From: Octopus vulgaris
Lineage: Eukaryota
Assembly: GCA_951406725.2 (NCBI GenBank)
Contig: OX597820.1
Coordinates: forward strand, 76,570,001-76,634,000
DNA: 64,000 nucleotides
Direction: 5' to 3'
Positions within the stretch are counted from its first letter, which is position 1. Each line of letters begins with the position of its first letter. Positions 43,461-57,915 of the stretch are shown here, one piece after another. The position numbers and the translations under genes are program-made. Under the pieces are notes generated by a model, which was given only the letters and a program-made list of their open reading frames with translations, did not search any database and was not told the DNA's origin.

Positions 43461-44634
43461 TCTTTGGTATCTTCTTTGCATCCGGCATTTTATCCTTGGT
43501 CATGTATATGAATGAAGACATATTCATTCATTTCCTGCTTTTCTTCACAAGAACGAGGAAGTACATTGCGGCACTGTCGGATGCCCTCTGCATCAGTTCT
43601 TGGGTGTCTCACATTTGAGGGCTCGATCCCTGATGTGTCGAAACAATTGTAGTGATTAATAAAAGCTCTTGTGTCTTCCATCTTCCTTCACTCTTTAGAA
43701 AGATACACAACACTGTGAAAATGACCGACCCTTACTAGTAAGCCACCAAGTATAAAACATTTATTTTATTATCTAATAAACCTATACATATATACATATA
43801 TATATACATATATATACAGACACACATAGATGGAGCACTCCGTCGGTTGCGACGATGAGGGTCCCAGCTGATGCGATCAACTGAACAACTTGCTTGCACT
43901 CAACAAACACGTGTACCCTCAACGTAGTGCCCGAGGAGATTCAATGCCACACAGTGTGTGACAAGGCTGGCCCTTTGAAATACAGGTACTAGTCATTTTT
44001 GCCAGCCGAATGGGCTGGAGCAACGCGAAATAGAGTGTCTTGCTCAGGGACACAACGCGCCGTCGGGAATTCAACTCACGACCTTATGTTCACGAGCCGA
44101 ATGCCCTAGCCACGCGCCTTCACACATACATACATACATACATACATACATACATACATACATACATACATACATACATACATACATACATACATACATA
44201 CATGCATATATACATATATATATATCCCAACAGATGATTGCAAACATTTTGGTATTATTATTTATTCAGAATTACACCTGTTTCATTTCTACAAGTAGTA
44301 GAATAGATATAGGTTATCGACTATTAGAAAATCTTCAGTACATATTTTCTACATGTTGTAACTCTTATTAGCGAATGAAACACGTGTAATGGTGCATGAA
44401 TAATACAAAAAATTTTTTCCATCTCTTGTTTTGATGCTACTACACTGCAGGAAACATTTCCCTGTATTTTCAAATATTATGCATGTGTGACATAAGTACA
44501 ACAAGTGGAATACTGAAACGAGAAGATATGCTTTACGAGGACACAGTTTGGGTCTTAACCCTATCTACACACAACCACATACACGTATACACACGTACAC
44601 ATATATGTCTGTCAACGTAAGTATGTATGTATGC

Positions 44635-44710
<76 letters not shown>

Positions 44711-44711
44711 G

Positions 44712-44768
<57 letters not shown>

Positions 44769-45896
44769 TTTTTTTTACTGCGGCCATGCTGAAATACTGC
44801 GTTTCGTCGAACAAGGATAGGACTTATTCTTCGTAAGCTTAGTACTTATTCTATCGGTGTCTTATCCCGAACCGCTAAGTTACGGGGATGTTGACATGCA
44901 AGGGCTTATTTCAGTTTCCGTCTACCAATTTGAACTCACAAAACTTTGGTCGACCCAAGGTGCCATGCAGTGGGACTGAGCCCGGGACCATGTTGTTGGT
45001 AAGCAAGCTACTTACAACACAGTCACTCCATCACCGGCACGGCAACACTTTAATAGAAGTACATTCGATCCTCGTTTTCAAATATAAAGGAACCAGTCAA
45101 CGACATATATCTCTCTATTGGTAGGAAAATTAGTATTGATCTGAGTAAGTTTTTAAACTTACATCAGAGAAAGTCTATCCATCATTTGACCGCAGAACGA
45201 TTAACATATAGATATTTAGGCTGTACACAGTCTAAGAAATAAACTAATTAGTCTAAGATTTATAAAACACATTCAACGACAAAGAGGATTATCAAATTAT
45301 TTACAGTTAATTACAGACTCTTTATCGGTAATCTAAAATTAATCTGTCACTTTGTCACATGACGCATTGTTGGACAATTTAAGGTGTCCAATTTAACAGA
45401 ATAGTTCTTATGCCATGCAAATAATTATAAGCTAGTAGCCAAATCGTCTGGAGACATTTGGTACAATTTGGATAATAAAAGTCTCAGTAAAATGGAACGT
45501 AGCTTGTAGAATCAACAGTATGTGCTCATTAATGTGTAGAATCAGTGCGGCTAGAATTTGGTTTGCTAGTGAACGTGTGCATTATGTCAAAGCGAATATA
45601 CACAATTATAAAGAACACACGCACGCACTGACAAGCACGCGAATACGCATACACGGGTGTATATATATATATATATATATATATACATGTGTGTGTATGT
45701 GTGTGTGTGTGTGTGTGTGTGTAAGTGTGTGTGTGTGAGTGTGTGTGTACGCGCGTGTGTGTATGTGTGTGTAGATATGGTTATCTACACCTGAATATAC
45801 ATACGGAAATAGAAATACATATGTATGTTGTAGGCATATCAATGAACATTTGAACACACACACACACACAAATACACACACACACACATATATGTG

Positions 45897-45966
<70 letters not shown>

Positions 45967-46089
45967 TGTATGTACGGGGTGTATAAGGTATTTGAGGACA
46001 TACTTTTTCTGGGTGATGTTGCCTTTTTTGCTAGCTCTGTATAATCTTTGTTTCAGAAAATAATAATGGCAGACATTCTGCTTACTCAA

Positions 46090-46625
46090 GAAATGGAGAG
46101 GCATGATGTTATTGTGGTTATAAGGGCGGAGCTTAGAGATTTAGAAATATCTTGATTTTTAAAACTTGCCATATATTTCGTCTACAAAGTTTGTAAGGAG
46201 CTAGAGACTGAAGATGGAGAAGCATTCTAAATGTACTGAAATCATCAGAATACCAGTATTTATATGGCAAGTTTAACAAACCATTTATTACAATCCCAGA
46301 AATCCCATGAGGTCAATTGCAAAAGATTTCCATTTGTCAGATGGAACAGTCAGAAATATTGTCCACGAAGACATTCGATATAATTTTTATATGACGAGGA
46401 AAGGTCAGTTTGTCAGAAAAAAGCAAAAGAACAAATCATTACATCAGATATAAAGGCTTTTAAACAAACTGAAAAATCAACCAGAATATTTGATTTGGTT
46501 TTTCTCAAACGATAAAAAACTTCGACCAAAATCAAAAAGTTAACAGAAGAAATGACAGATGGTTATCTAGACCATTCTGAAGTTCCTAGTGTTATGTATA
46601 CGAAATTTACCGCAACTGTCATAGT
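46090..46625 (+). mobile_element. Degenerate Tc1/mariner (maT/DD37D-like) transposase fragment
   Basis: Remnant peptides NPMRSIAKDFHLSDGTVRNIVHEDIRY, IWFFSND, FDQNQKVNRRNDRWL and VMYTKFTATV. Confidence 0.7.
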
Positions 46626-47105
46626 CTCCATAACTAACTTCTATCTGTTTACATATTTCAATTCACGATTACATCACTGTACATAAATCCCCTCACTAAA
46701 CAGGGATTTTGAAACTTGTCTCTGTCTGTATACATATATATTCCCCTCCCATTACCGAAAGCTGAACAGTTTACCCACAACAATAACAATAACGACAACC
46801 AATTACCTCCCTTTATTTATCTACTTGTGAAGTCATTCACTCGTGAATTTCATCACACACATGGACAAAATTTCTTCCTAAAAAAATATATATTCAAATA
46901 AATAAAACATAATATCATGAATAGCGATAGAGAAACCGGTCAATATATTAAAAATGATATTCAAACTATGTAAGTGTGCGTATTTACCGTTTTTAATTTC
47001 TTATTTACATTACAACTCACAACGTGGGGATAATCGAAAGTGGTCTTTTCTGTTACTACTACTACTACTACTACTACTACACACACACACACACACACAA
47101 AATAT

Positions 47106-47177
<72 letters not shown>

Positions 47178-47301
47178 CAAACATATAAGGGGTGGCCATA
47201 ATAGGACATCCGACTCACTAGAAAGAGCAGTTAAACTCCAAACCACTAATAGTTGTAATTCTGAAATGGAAAGAGAAATAAGAACGGTTTACCCTATCCT
47301 T

Positions 47302-47338
<37 letters not shown>

Positions 47339-47339
<1 letters not shown>

Positions 47340-47896
47340 GAGGATGAGTCAAAAAGTAACGTCATTTTGTTTAGGTCCGGCATAACTACCAGCACAGGAA
47401 CATTTATCATACGTCAAAATGAAGCTGGTCCTCTTTCGATCACATCCCTATTTCTCAACAGAGTCGCCGTTTTTCTCAATAGCAATGTTCCACCTTCGAA
47501 TGAGAGCATGTATCCCTACCCCGTAAAATTCTGTTGACTGTTCTTTGAGCCACTTCTTAACTACAGTTTTCACTTCCTTGTCACTCGAATAATGTTTGCC
47601 TCTCAAACCCTCTTTCATGCGACCGAAGAGATGATAGTCCAGTCACGATGATAGTCCAGTGACGAGGAAGTGAAAGCTGTAATGAAGAAGTGACTCAAAT
47701 AACAGTCAACAGAATTTTACGTGGCAGGGACACATTCGAAGGTGGAACATTGCTATTGAGAGAAATGGTGACTGTGTTGAGAAGTAGGGATGTGATCCAC
47801 CGAGAACCAGCTTCATTTTGATGTATGATACATGTTCCTGTGTTGGTAATTATACCTGTCCTATACAAAATGACATTACTTTTTGACTCAACCTCG
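47339..47896. mobile_element. Fold-back mariner derivative made of two inverted transposase 3' ends
   Basis: TA-flanked TIR CGAGG(A/T)TGAGTCAAAAAGTAA at both ends. The left arm encodes (minus) DYHLFGRMKEGLRGKHYSSDKEVKTVVKKWLKEQSTEFYGVGIHALIRRWNIAIEKNGDSVEK*; the right arm is a diverged plus-strand copy of the same region. Confidence 0.9.
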
Positions 47897-48542
47897 TATA
47901 TATAAGTAGAGAGAGAAACAAACAGAGAGAGAGTGAGAGCAGGAGAGAGAGTGAGAGCGGGAGAGAGAGTGAGAGCGGGAGAGAGAGAGAGAGAGAGATG
48001 TATACGTTAGTTTAGGCTTGTAATATGAGAGTGTGTATATAGTGATGAAGTCAGTGAAATCTGACTTACGTTGGCTCATCTTTGAATGAATTATTTTCTT
48101 TTTCACTACTTAGTAAATATTTTCTTATTCTTTCGTTCTCCTTCTCTCTTTTTCTTTCTTACCTCTTTCTCTCTTAGAAACTTCGCTGATGGCTAATTTC
48201 ATATCTCATCTATATGATGAATGATTTAATTTTGTTTGTAAATACAGTACTTTGTTCATCAGGAATTATTCGGAAATTATTTCTATTGCCAAATTCAGTA
48301 AAACATCTACATAAAATCTACGATTTTCCCTAAGCATCAGAAAGTAATAGTAACCGACATAAAATATACGAAAACAAATATACGATATACAGCAACTCAT
48401 AATTTTATTTGTTTGTTTATGAGTATATATTCTTATGAATTCCGTTGCTAATTTCCGTCTGTTGCATAAATATATACACGCCAATGTATAATATATGATT
48501 CATGTTCTTAGTTTGTAAAGTAATTTTGCCTATATATCTATG

Positions 48543-49526
<984 letters not shown>

Positions 49527-49679
49527 GTATATATAAACGAGAGGTATATAAAAAGTTTTGAGCTTTGAAGTCTTGTACCTTCATCAGACGTCTTGTACCA
49601 AGTGTGGTTTTTTTGAGGCTCAAGACTTCATACACTCCTCTTATATATATATATGTATGTATGTATGTACATATATGTA

Positions 49680-50139
49680 TTGGGTTGGCAATTAAGTTCC
49701 CGCCACTTATTTTAAAATTTTGGAATACATTGTGTTTTTAAATTTTGGAATCTATTTTTTTCGAGAATTCTATTTTTGAATCATTTTGGAATCATTTTGA
49801 ATCATGTTTTTTCTAGTTAATTTTAGTTAATTATTGTTTATTTTCCAATGAAAATATCACTGACATCTCGTTTTAACAGTTATATTTACATTCCAATTAA
49901 ATGATTATTTAAATGGAATGTCAAGTTAAGAAAAACGAACGTTTTAGACACCTCCTTCTCTTTGTTTTTAATCAAGGTTCTAAGGCCGCAAAAGCTGCTC
50001 GCGGCATTTGTGCTGTATATGGAGAAGGCAATAGCAGAAAGAACCGCTCGGGATTGGCATGCCAAGTTCAAAAATTGAAATTTTGACCTCAAAGGCGCAC
50101 CTCGTTCTGGCCGTCCAGTTGAGTTCGATGAAGAACGAT
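49680..50139 (+). mobile_element. 5' part of the same mariner family as 14957-16111, truncated where a SINE family A fragment (50140-50290) begins
   Basis: TIR TTGGGTTGGCAATTAAGTTCCCGCC, a shared 5' leader with ttttggaatc repeats, and MECQVKKNERFRHLLL. Confidence 0.88.
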
Positions 50140-50365
50140 TCCGTCGAGGTCGACTTTGCCTTTCATTCTTTCGGGGTCGATAAATTAAGCACCAGTTACG
50201 TACTGGGGTCGATGAAATCGACGTAAACCATTTGTCTGTCCTTGTTTGTCTCCTCTATGTTTAGCGCCTTGTGAGCAATAAAGAAATAAGAAATCAACAT
50301 ACAGGCAAGCAAAGTAGCTAGTTAGAAGGTATCTATAAATCTATAAGTTATGAAAATAGTAATTA

Positions 50366-50640
50366 CAGTAGTCCCTCGACTACCGCGGGTGTTTCGTTCC
50401 AAAATCTCGCGCGATAAGTGAAAATCTGCGAAGTATAAAAAGTACTGCACTGCATATTTTCGTTATTACTCTTATAATTTGTATAAATTTATATTATAAA
50501 TGCAAAACAACACCCCAGGAGAATCGACATAAGTTTGAATAATAAACTGCGATAAGTGAAACGTGATAGGTGAACCACAATAGGTGAATCGTGATAGGTG
50601 AACTGCGATAGGTGAACTGCGACATGGCGAGTGATTACTG
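50366..50640. mobile_element. pogo/Tigger-like MITE with internal 12-14-bp tandem repeats (gcgataggtgaa)
   Basis: Ends CAGTAGTCCCTCGAC / GGCGAGTGATTACTG; TA on the left flank. Confidence 0.65.
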
Positions 50641-51535
50641 TTTACTGAGAAGCAATATTTATCGCTACTTCAGCATGGCTGTCCCATAGGAACCGTTTCC
50701 ATCCCCAGAAGTACGCCTCTTTCAACTGGTTATTGATGCAATCTACACTCGATATATATTGCCAGCAGAGGAGCGAAGGTCTACCATCTTCTAGAAACAA
50801 CGACGGAACTATTAGACCGTTTGTTTTCGAGCTCTTTGTGCTCATCTTCAGTGGTGGACACCCGTCTGCTAGAGGTATAAGTCGTTCATTCCGGCTCGCA
50901 ATGTATAGGAAATCATGATCAATCGACAGTCAGTCACTGATCTTGCAACAAGCCAAGTAGCGAATTAGGAAATTTCTACAAGAGATTAAAGTAGTTGCTA
51001 TCATGAGAAGTAATGATTATCGCCACTTCAACATGGCAGTTCTGTAGGATCTGACGTTACTATCGCTTTGAACCCCAGGATGACGACTCCTCCAGCTGAT
51101 AATCTTTAGTATTTGCACCTGTTATATATTGCAAAGCAGGGGAGTAACACCCTATCATCTTCCAATGAGCCGTTTCGAGTTGGGCAGTTTTCATTTAGTT
51201 GATTTTAAAGCCACAATTTTTTACCTAGATTTTGGCCATTTGGATATTAGCGTTCTATGACGTCATTTCCTATTTTTGCCGTTAGAGGTATACATCAATG
51301 TCATGGGTGACGACCTCGTCATATGAGTGACGCAATATGCCCTTTGTGCTTTAAATCTTGCCTTGAGTAGGGATATGCATATTAGTTCCAAAATGCATTA
51401 CCATAATTATGGAGGAAACATCTGTTAATATTTGTTAATATCAGTTACTATCTTTTTATTCGGTATGATATGACGTCTATTGCTATTACAATTACATGGA
51501 AAATAATCATACGGGGAAGTAGTGTTTTTACTATA

Positions 51536-51576
<41 letters not shown>

Positions 51577-52799
51577 ATAGGGTTAGGGTTACACCGAAAA
51601 CGGGTCGTATGCGTATTCGTTACCTCCGCATTTTTATGTACGTGTATATGAAAGATGATTCAAAACATTTCATACATCACAACACATACTCACTTACTCA
51701 CTCACTCTCTCTCACACACATATACACGTCCATTTCATATACACATACATCTTACACTTTCTCCTCTCTTACTTTCTCTTCTCACTTTAAAGCAAATGTC
51801 GCCTTTTCATTTTATCCTCTCTTTCAATTTCTACTCTCTTCAAAGCATACAGAAATTAAAACAATTTTACGGATATTAACAAACAATAATATGATCCCAT
51901 ATATGTCGAATTGACAACTTTCCTTCTTCAAATGAAAGAATGCCACAAAATAACTTCCTTTGAAGACACAAACACGCATACACACACTGTAGGTAAAACT
52001 TCTGTGCGAATTATGTTAATTCTTGCAGTGTGAACGTGCAAATTTACAGCTCAACTCAATTGAAATGATCTTTTTCTATTGTATAATTTGTGTTTGTGAT
52101 GAGCACATTTAAAAACCTGATCTTCGATATAAACTTAAAGGGAAGTTTTCCCAGAAATCCTGTCCTTTACCTCTTCTTTCTAGCATGTCCCCCCGCTTTT
52201 ATTTTCTTCTTAAGTTTCTTCCAAGTCCTATATTTGCGCTACAGGAGATTAGGATTTCATCCACAAAACACGTTCTCAATATTTTAATTTTCTCCCTCTC
52301 TTCACTAAATTAATTTCTTAATTTTTATTCCTGGTAATCCATGGAGAAAAGCACAGAAAGTACGAATAAATAGAAACCCATATATTTAAAGAAAATTAAC
52401 AAATTTTAAAATCCGCACGGCATTCTGTATGATAATTTCTCTCGAGACATTTTCATTGTGTATAGAGCATTTTGCTCTTAAAATACACGTCTCTTTATTA
52501 TATGTGTAACTATATTATCTGAATTGTTCATGGTCAAATTGACTCTAGCACAATATAATTTTCTGCACTGGATATTAAAAGAAATTACTTTACAATGAAA
52601 GCATTCAAATTATAGAAAAATTCCTTCCTGGAGTGTTTTTCTTTCTTAGATTGAGAAAACTGGAAAGAATGCATTGATAAGTAAACTATAAATAAACTAT
52701 AAAAATGTAAATATGTAAAATAACATAAAATTATGAAATGTAAATTTTAAAATATTCAGAATGAAATTTATTATAAATTTGAAATATTTACTGGTCTGA

Positions 52800-53000
52800 T
52801 AATGCGACATTTTTAAAATGAAGCCTCAATATGATTCAAAATTTCCCTATTATTTTGCGAAATATCTTCAATTGGAAAATAGCGATTTATTAAAAGGAAA
52901 AGATTTATTCATGTGCGATATCAATCCCGAAACGTTAAGCAAAAATACTTATTTAAAAATGCTCCTCTGTTATTATCTGATACATACATACATACATACA

Positions 53001-53032
<32 letters not shown>

Positions 53033-53243
53033 CGTATTTGTAAGGAATATGAATAAATATCAAAGATTAATTTACGCACACACTCACACACGCTCACACA
53101 CACATATATAAATACATATATAAATGAGTGTGTGTGTATATGCATCACAAGCTCAGACATGACTGATGCTTAAGAAGCACGCGTCACTTTCATGTACTCC
53201 TAGATTCGGTGCCGCTGCGCAGCACTTGGGAGCAGTAGTTTCT
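52800..53243 (+). repeat. Local direct duplication, copy 1 (copy 2 at 55809-56214)
   Basis: Collinear match that includes the same unique sequence, microsatellite and degenerate SINE-head junctions. Confidence 0.88.
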
Positions 53244-53632
53244 GAATAGAATTTCGTGCAGAGACGTTAACATACGTGTATGTATGTATAGATACATTTG
53301 CATATACATGTATTCTCACATACACGCACGCAAACACATGCACACATACACGTACATGCACACACGCACATATATTTATAAACTAAGGTCATCACTCGTT
53401 ATCGATTATAGCTGGTAGTATGTAACAAGTTGGGAGTACAAGAATGGGAAGTTTCCGGAAACTATATACATGCATAACCTTTCGTTCGTATCAATAATTC
53501 ATTTGCCATTTTTATTAAAACGATAGTAAATATGTGAAAAGTAAATAATAGAAAAGATCTATCAATGATAATTATACGAATCATAATAGAAGTTGCTCTA
53601 AAATGTCAAATACACTGAAATTAAGAACTTAC

Positions 53633-53809
53633 TGTTATGGCGATTTTCGTCATACAAAAAACAGTTGTCTGAATTCCATGAATTGTTACAGGAAGCCCAG
53701 GGGACTTCACTCTTCATTGACGCAAAAAAGTAGTATAGTGTGTGACTGAGGATGACGTTATAATAAAGCATTATGAACCAACTGATGATCACCATAGCAA
53801 AACCGACAC
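53633..53809 (-). CDS. SLC6 family transporter, internal exon encoding TM3 and the start of extracellular loop 2 (177 nt, phase 1 to 1)
   Basis: Acceptor ttttctttctatttgcAG and donor GTAAGT on the minus strand. Translates (G)VGFAMVIISWFIMLYYNVILSHTLYYFFASMKSEVPWASCNNSWNSDNCFLYDENRHN, with the SLC6 motifs YYNxI and PWxxCxNxWNxxxC. Confidence 0.95.
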
Positions 53810-54309
53810 CTGCAAATAGAAAGAAAAATAGATTTAACTTTCACTATCTTTTCAGATATATGCAAAAATAGAGAGACGAAAGTGTATAGGACAGATAAAT
53901 CAAATAAAGTACCGGGTCACAAGGGAAGAGAGCAGCATTTTGTAAATTTCAATGTGTCAATAAATGAGAGGCATAGGTCTTGCTAATCGAAGCAATATAT
54001 CTGTTGATAAACAAGATTCCGTGAGTAGAAAATTACGGTTGCAAACTAGGATAACTCCACCAATGGTATTACTTTCAGTAATAGTATCAGTAACAAGGGT
54101 ACAGGTTTAAAAGGCAATTTGTACGGCATTTTATATATACTTCTCCATGCAGTAGTCAATGCCTTGCGACAAAGTTGCAATTTGCTTGACTCCATATAAA
54201 TACTCTTTCCAGTAAGTTTTATGGATCTGTGCTCTGTTTGTTACTAGAAAAAAATTGTCGGTCCATTTCCTGATGAGGATGCCTACAGTGAGGATGTTGT
54301 TGTTGTTGC

Positions 54310-54379
<70 letters not shown>

Positions 54380-54384
54380 GATTG

Positions 54385-54850
54385 ATTGAGTGAGCCGTGC
54401 GTGTCATCAAAGTGACACTGGGGTAAAACATACGAAGTCCAGTATACCCATCATGACTACACGCCTGATGAGGATACACCAGGCACACGCATCACAAACA
54501 TATAAGCGCGATATGGTGATCTCATATAAAGATAAACAACACATGACCTTGCAGGTGGGGCCCAGTTAGAATTTTCTTCAGATCTAGTACCCAATCCTGC
54601 TTAAAAGGTCCCTGAATAAAGGTTGTTTAAGGATGATGAACTAAACACCCATGATTCAATAGGTGAATTATCCAAACCCCAAGAATTCCTTTCAACACCT
54701 GGCTATGATGCTCCCCCACTAATTCTGCTCGTGATCAGAGATGCACACATCGTCAGCCACTAAGGGGCATGCACAACTAGTAAAGTTCAAACAACTGACA
54801 ATAAATCTGCAGAATATTTGCTGTGACGGATCTTTTATACCAAGCCAAAA
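54385..54850 (-). mobile_element. Diverged copy of the (AAT)n-associated element at 22286-22838
   Basis: Reverse-complement matches such as gtgatcagagatgcacacatcgtcagccactaa and catcaaagtgacactg. Confidence 0.8.
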
Positions 54851-55034
54851 CAATATTATCTTCATCATCATTATTATTTTATCACGTGCCTTCATTGCAC
54901 TACTGGCTGCTTTTTTTATCATAACTAATGCGCCTACTGTAATAGGAATTGTCTCTGTTAGGCTCCACATTCGAGTTACTATTCTTATTATATTATATAA
55001 AAAACAAAGAACATGTATGATTATCGGCATTGTT

Positions 55035-55370
55035 ATTACCTCCGCCTTAGCGCAGGCGGAGGTATTGTTTTCAGTCGTCTTTGTATGCTTGCTCGTTTCT
55101 TTGTCTGTGAAAAAGATATCTCAAGAAGCAGTGGATGAATTCGGATGAAACTTTCAGGGATATTTGGGCTTGTGAGTGGCACGAACTGATTAGATTTTGG
55201 GATTGATCCGATACAGGACAAGGATTCTGAATTATGTTTCCGTTTTCTTTTACTTGATTTTTGTGAGCGGTTGGGTTCATTTTTAGTATTCTCATTTGTG
55301 AGAGCAGTCGAGTTTATTTCAGATATTTTCATATTTAAAAATCATTGAGAGGACGTTGGTGCTGCACACA
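55035..55370 (+). mobile_element. Helentron-associated non-autonomous element (HINE/DINE-1-like), 3' truncated
   Basis: Starts after TT with ATTACCTCCGCC and its nearby inverse GGCGGAGGTA (10-bp hairpin), followed by a degenerate gtct-type microsatellite and the ggatgaattcggatgaaactt core. Confidence 0.65.
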
Positions 55371-55808
55371 ATCTAACTACGCTGGTGCTCTTCTCCTAAT
55401 TTTCCAGCTCTCAAGTGGTTTTGATCTTACATGCTGAGCAACTTAGTTGTATTGCAATTTCGTCTGCTTACGCAGTAGCTTCCTTGCTCTGGAATCGGCT
55501 CTTTGGCATTAGAAAACCATGAGTAGTTGTATGTGAATGCACAACCTCATTTAACCAGATGTTACTGAAAATCACTCCTGATCCCATCCTCTGCTGTTAT
55601 TCTGCCACAAAGTTAATGATGTTCTGAAAATCAATATCGGAACCAATATTCTTGGCTATCACATTTCAGTTGCATCAACAAACGTATTGCATGGCTCGTG
55701 AGCAGTGTAATGAATGAACTCTACGTGCCATTTCGTCTTAACACCAGGTAAATGCAGCCAGTATTTTTCAACTGTTCTGTCGGCATCATGGAAGCCCTTC
55801 CTCTTAAA

Positions 55809-56214
55809 TAATGCCACATTTTAAAAATTAAGCCTCAATATGATTCAAAATTTCCCTATTATGTTGTGAAATATCTTGAATAGGAAAATGGCGATTTATT
55901 GAAGGGAAAAGATTTATTCATGTGCAATAGCAATCCCGAAACGTAAACCAAAAATATTTGTTAAAAAAAAACTCCTTTGTTATCATGTAATACATACACA
56001 CACACATACATATTAGTAAGGAATATGAAAAAATACTAAATAGTAATTTACGCACACACACACACACACACTAACATATACATACATATATAAATGAGTG
56101 TGTGAGTGTATGCATCACAAACTCAGACATGACTGATGCTTAAGAAGCACGCGTCACACTCATGTAGTCCTGGATTCGGTTCCACTGCGCAGAACTTGAG
56201 GGCATGTAGTTTCT
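55809..56214 (+). repeat. Local direct duplication, copy 2
   Basis: See 52800-53243. Confidence 0.88.
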
Positions 56215-56822
56215 ATCTTTGCTTATGATTTTCCAGTAGCTTAAAAAGTGATGTTACAGTCTTGTCGATTTCTCAGTGTGCCAAAGAGTCAGTGTCACTA
56301 GTAACATATCTTTCCTACATTCTTTCCTTTCTCAGGAGCTAGCCCAATTCAAACACCTTTCACTAATTAAAAATCGTTATAAAATTGCTTTCGTTACACT
56401 TCCTAGTAACATTATTTGAAATATCCATATTTGTTTTTACTCGTTAAAATCAAAATATTTGTTGTATATTTTCGGGAAACCGTATTAAATTTCTTTCTAG
56501 TTGTGAATATTAAACATTTTGTTTTCAAAATATTTTGACGGCACCGTCGACATTGTACAGATTCTTGGTTGATCATGCTACTTATGGGAAATATTGTTTT
56601 TTTAGATAACGAAAACACTCGAGGCACACATTGCACCATTCCATCTCATGATAAAGAAAAACTAACCTTCCGAGAGTTGCATTGTTTACAAAACGAAAGA
56701 AAATGCAAATATATTGTTTTCTTCATAAAACAAGAGGTGGGAAATCAAAGTTTTTATCCGGAACTGTATCGAATATGACCATATACATTAATAGTAATAA
56801 ATTAATAATAATAATAATAATG

Positions 56823-56879
<57 letters not shown>

Positions 56880-56889
56880 GTCTAGGTGA

Positions 56890-57058
56890 TCCCAAATTTT
56901 AAAACAAACTCATAATTTTCTCATGTTTTCTTAAGCATTCTCTAGAACAATAGTAAGTAAAAGACCAAATACATGACACCCTAGGTATAACACCAACATG
57001 AATTTCTGACCTGGAGCCAACTTGTACAAATACAAAGCAAAAGTCAAACACACAATAA

Positions 57059-57128
<70 letters not shown>

Positions 57129-57835
57129 CATGATGATGATGATGATGATAATAATAATAACAGGCATCATAGAGCAGCACAATATTTTCACTGTATAATT
57201 TGCAAAAATATGGACCTGCCCCATGGTAAAATCCACCTGTAGTGCTTGAAAATGATACTATCTCATCCTCTGCAAATTCACCATTCGAACTGGCAGAAAA
57301 ATAGATGCGAAGACGCGAGGCATTATATTGAAAGATTTCTGACAAATATCATGCCTCCACATGTCTGTCAATGTTACGACCTACCAAATACTGAGCAAGT
57401 GTAAATAGCTTGAAATAAAAATTGGCAAAATGTGGAACCTCAAGACTAAAATAATACTTTTTATTATAGCAAAAGGGTCTGATTGCTACCTAGCTCAGAT
57501 ACCAGGAAACCCCAACATGGCAGATTTCAAATGATAGTGCTCATGAAAACCGCCCATATCCTACGTAAAACACTGTCTATGTAATCGGAAATTTTAAAAC
57601 AAAATTATTATTTTCTTATGTTTTCTTAAACATTGTCTAGAACAATACTTTGTGCAAAACCAAATACATGACACCCTAGGCATAACATCAACATGAACTT
57701 CTAACTTGTTGTCCCTTGATATCTCTGAGTGAGACTTGGAACCAACTTGTACAAATACAAAGAAGAAGTCGAACATATAATAATAATAATAACAACAGTA
57801 ACAACAACAGTAACAACAACAACAACAACAACAAC

Positions 57836-57915
<80 letters not shown>

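Noticed and set aside
50548-50625. Short regularly spaced repeats (gcgataggtgaa), superficially CRISPR-like
   Set aside because: No unique spacers, eukaryotic context, and internal to a MITE.
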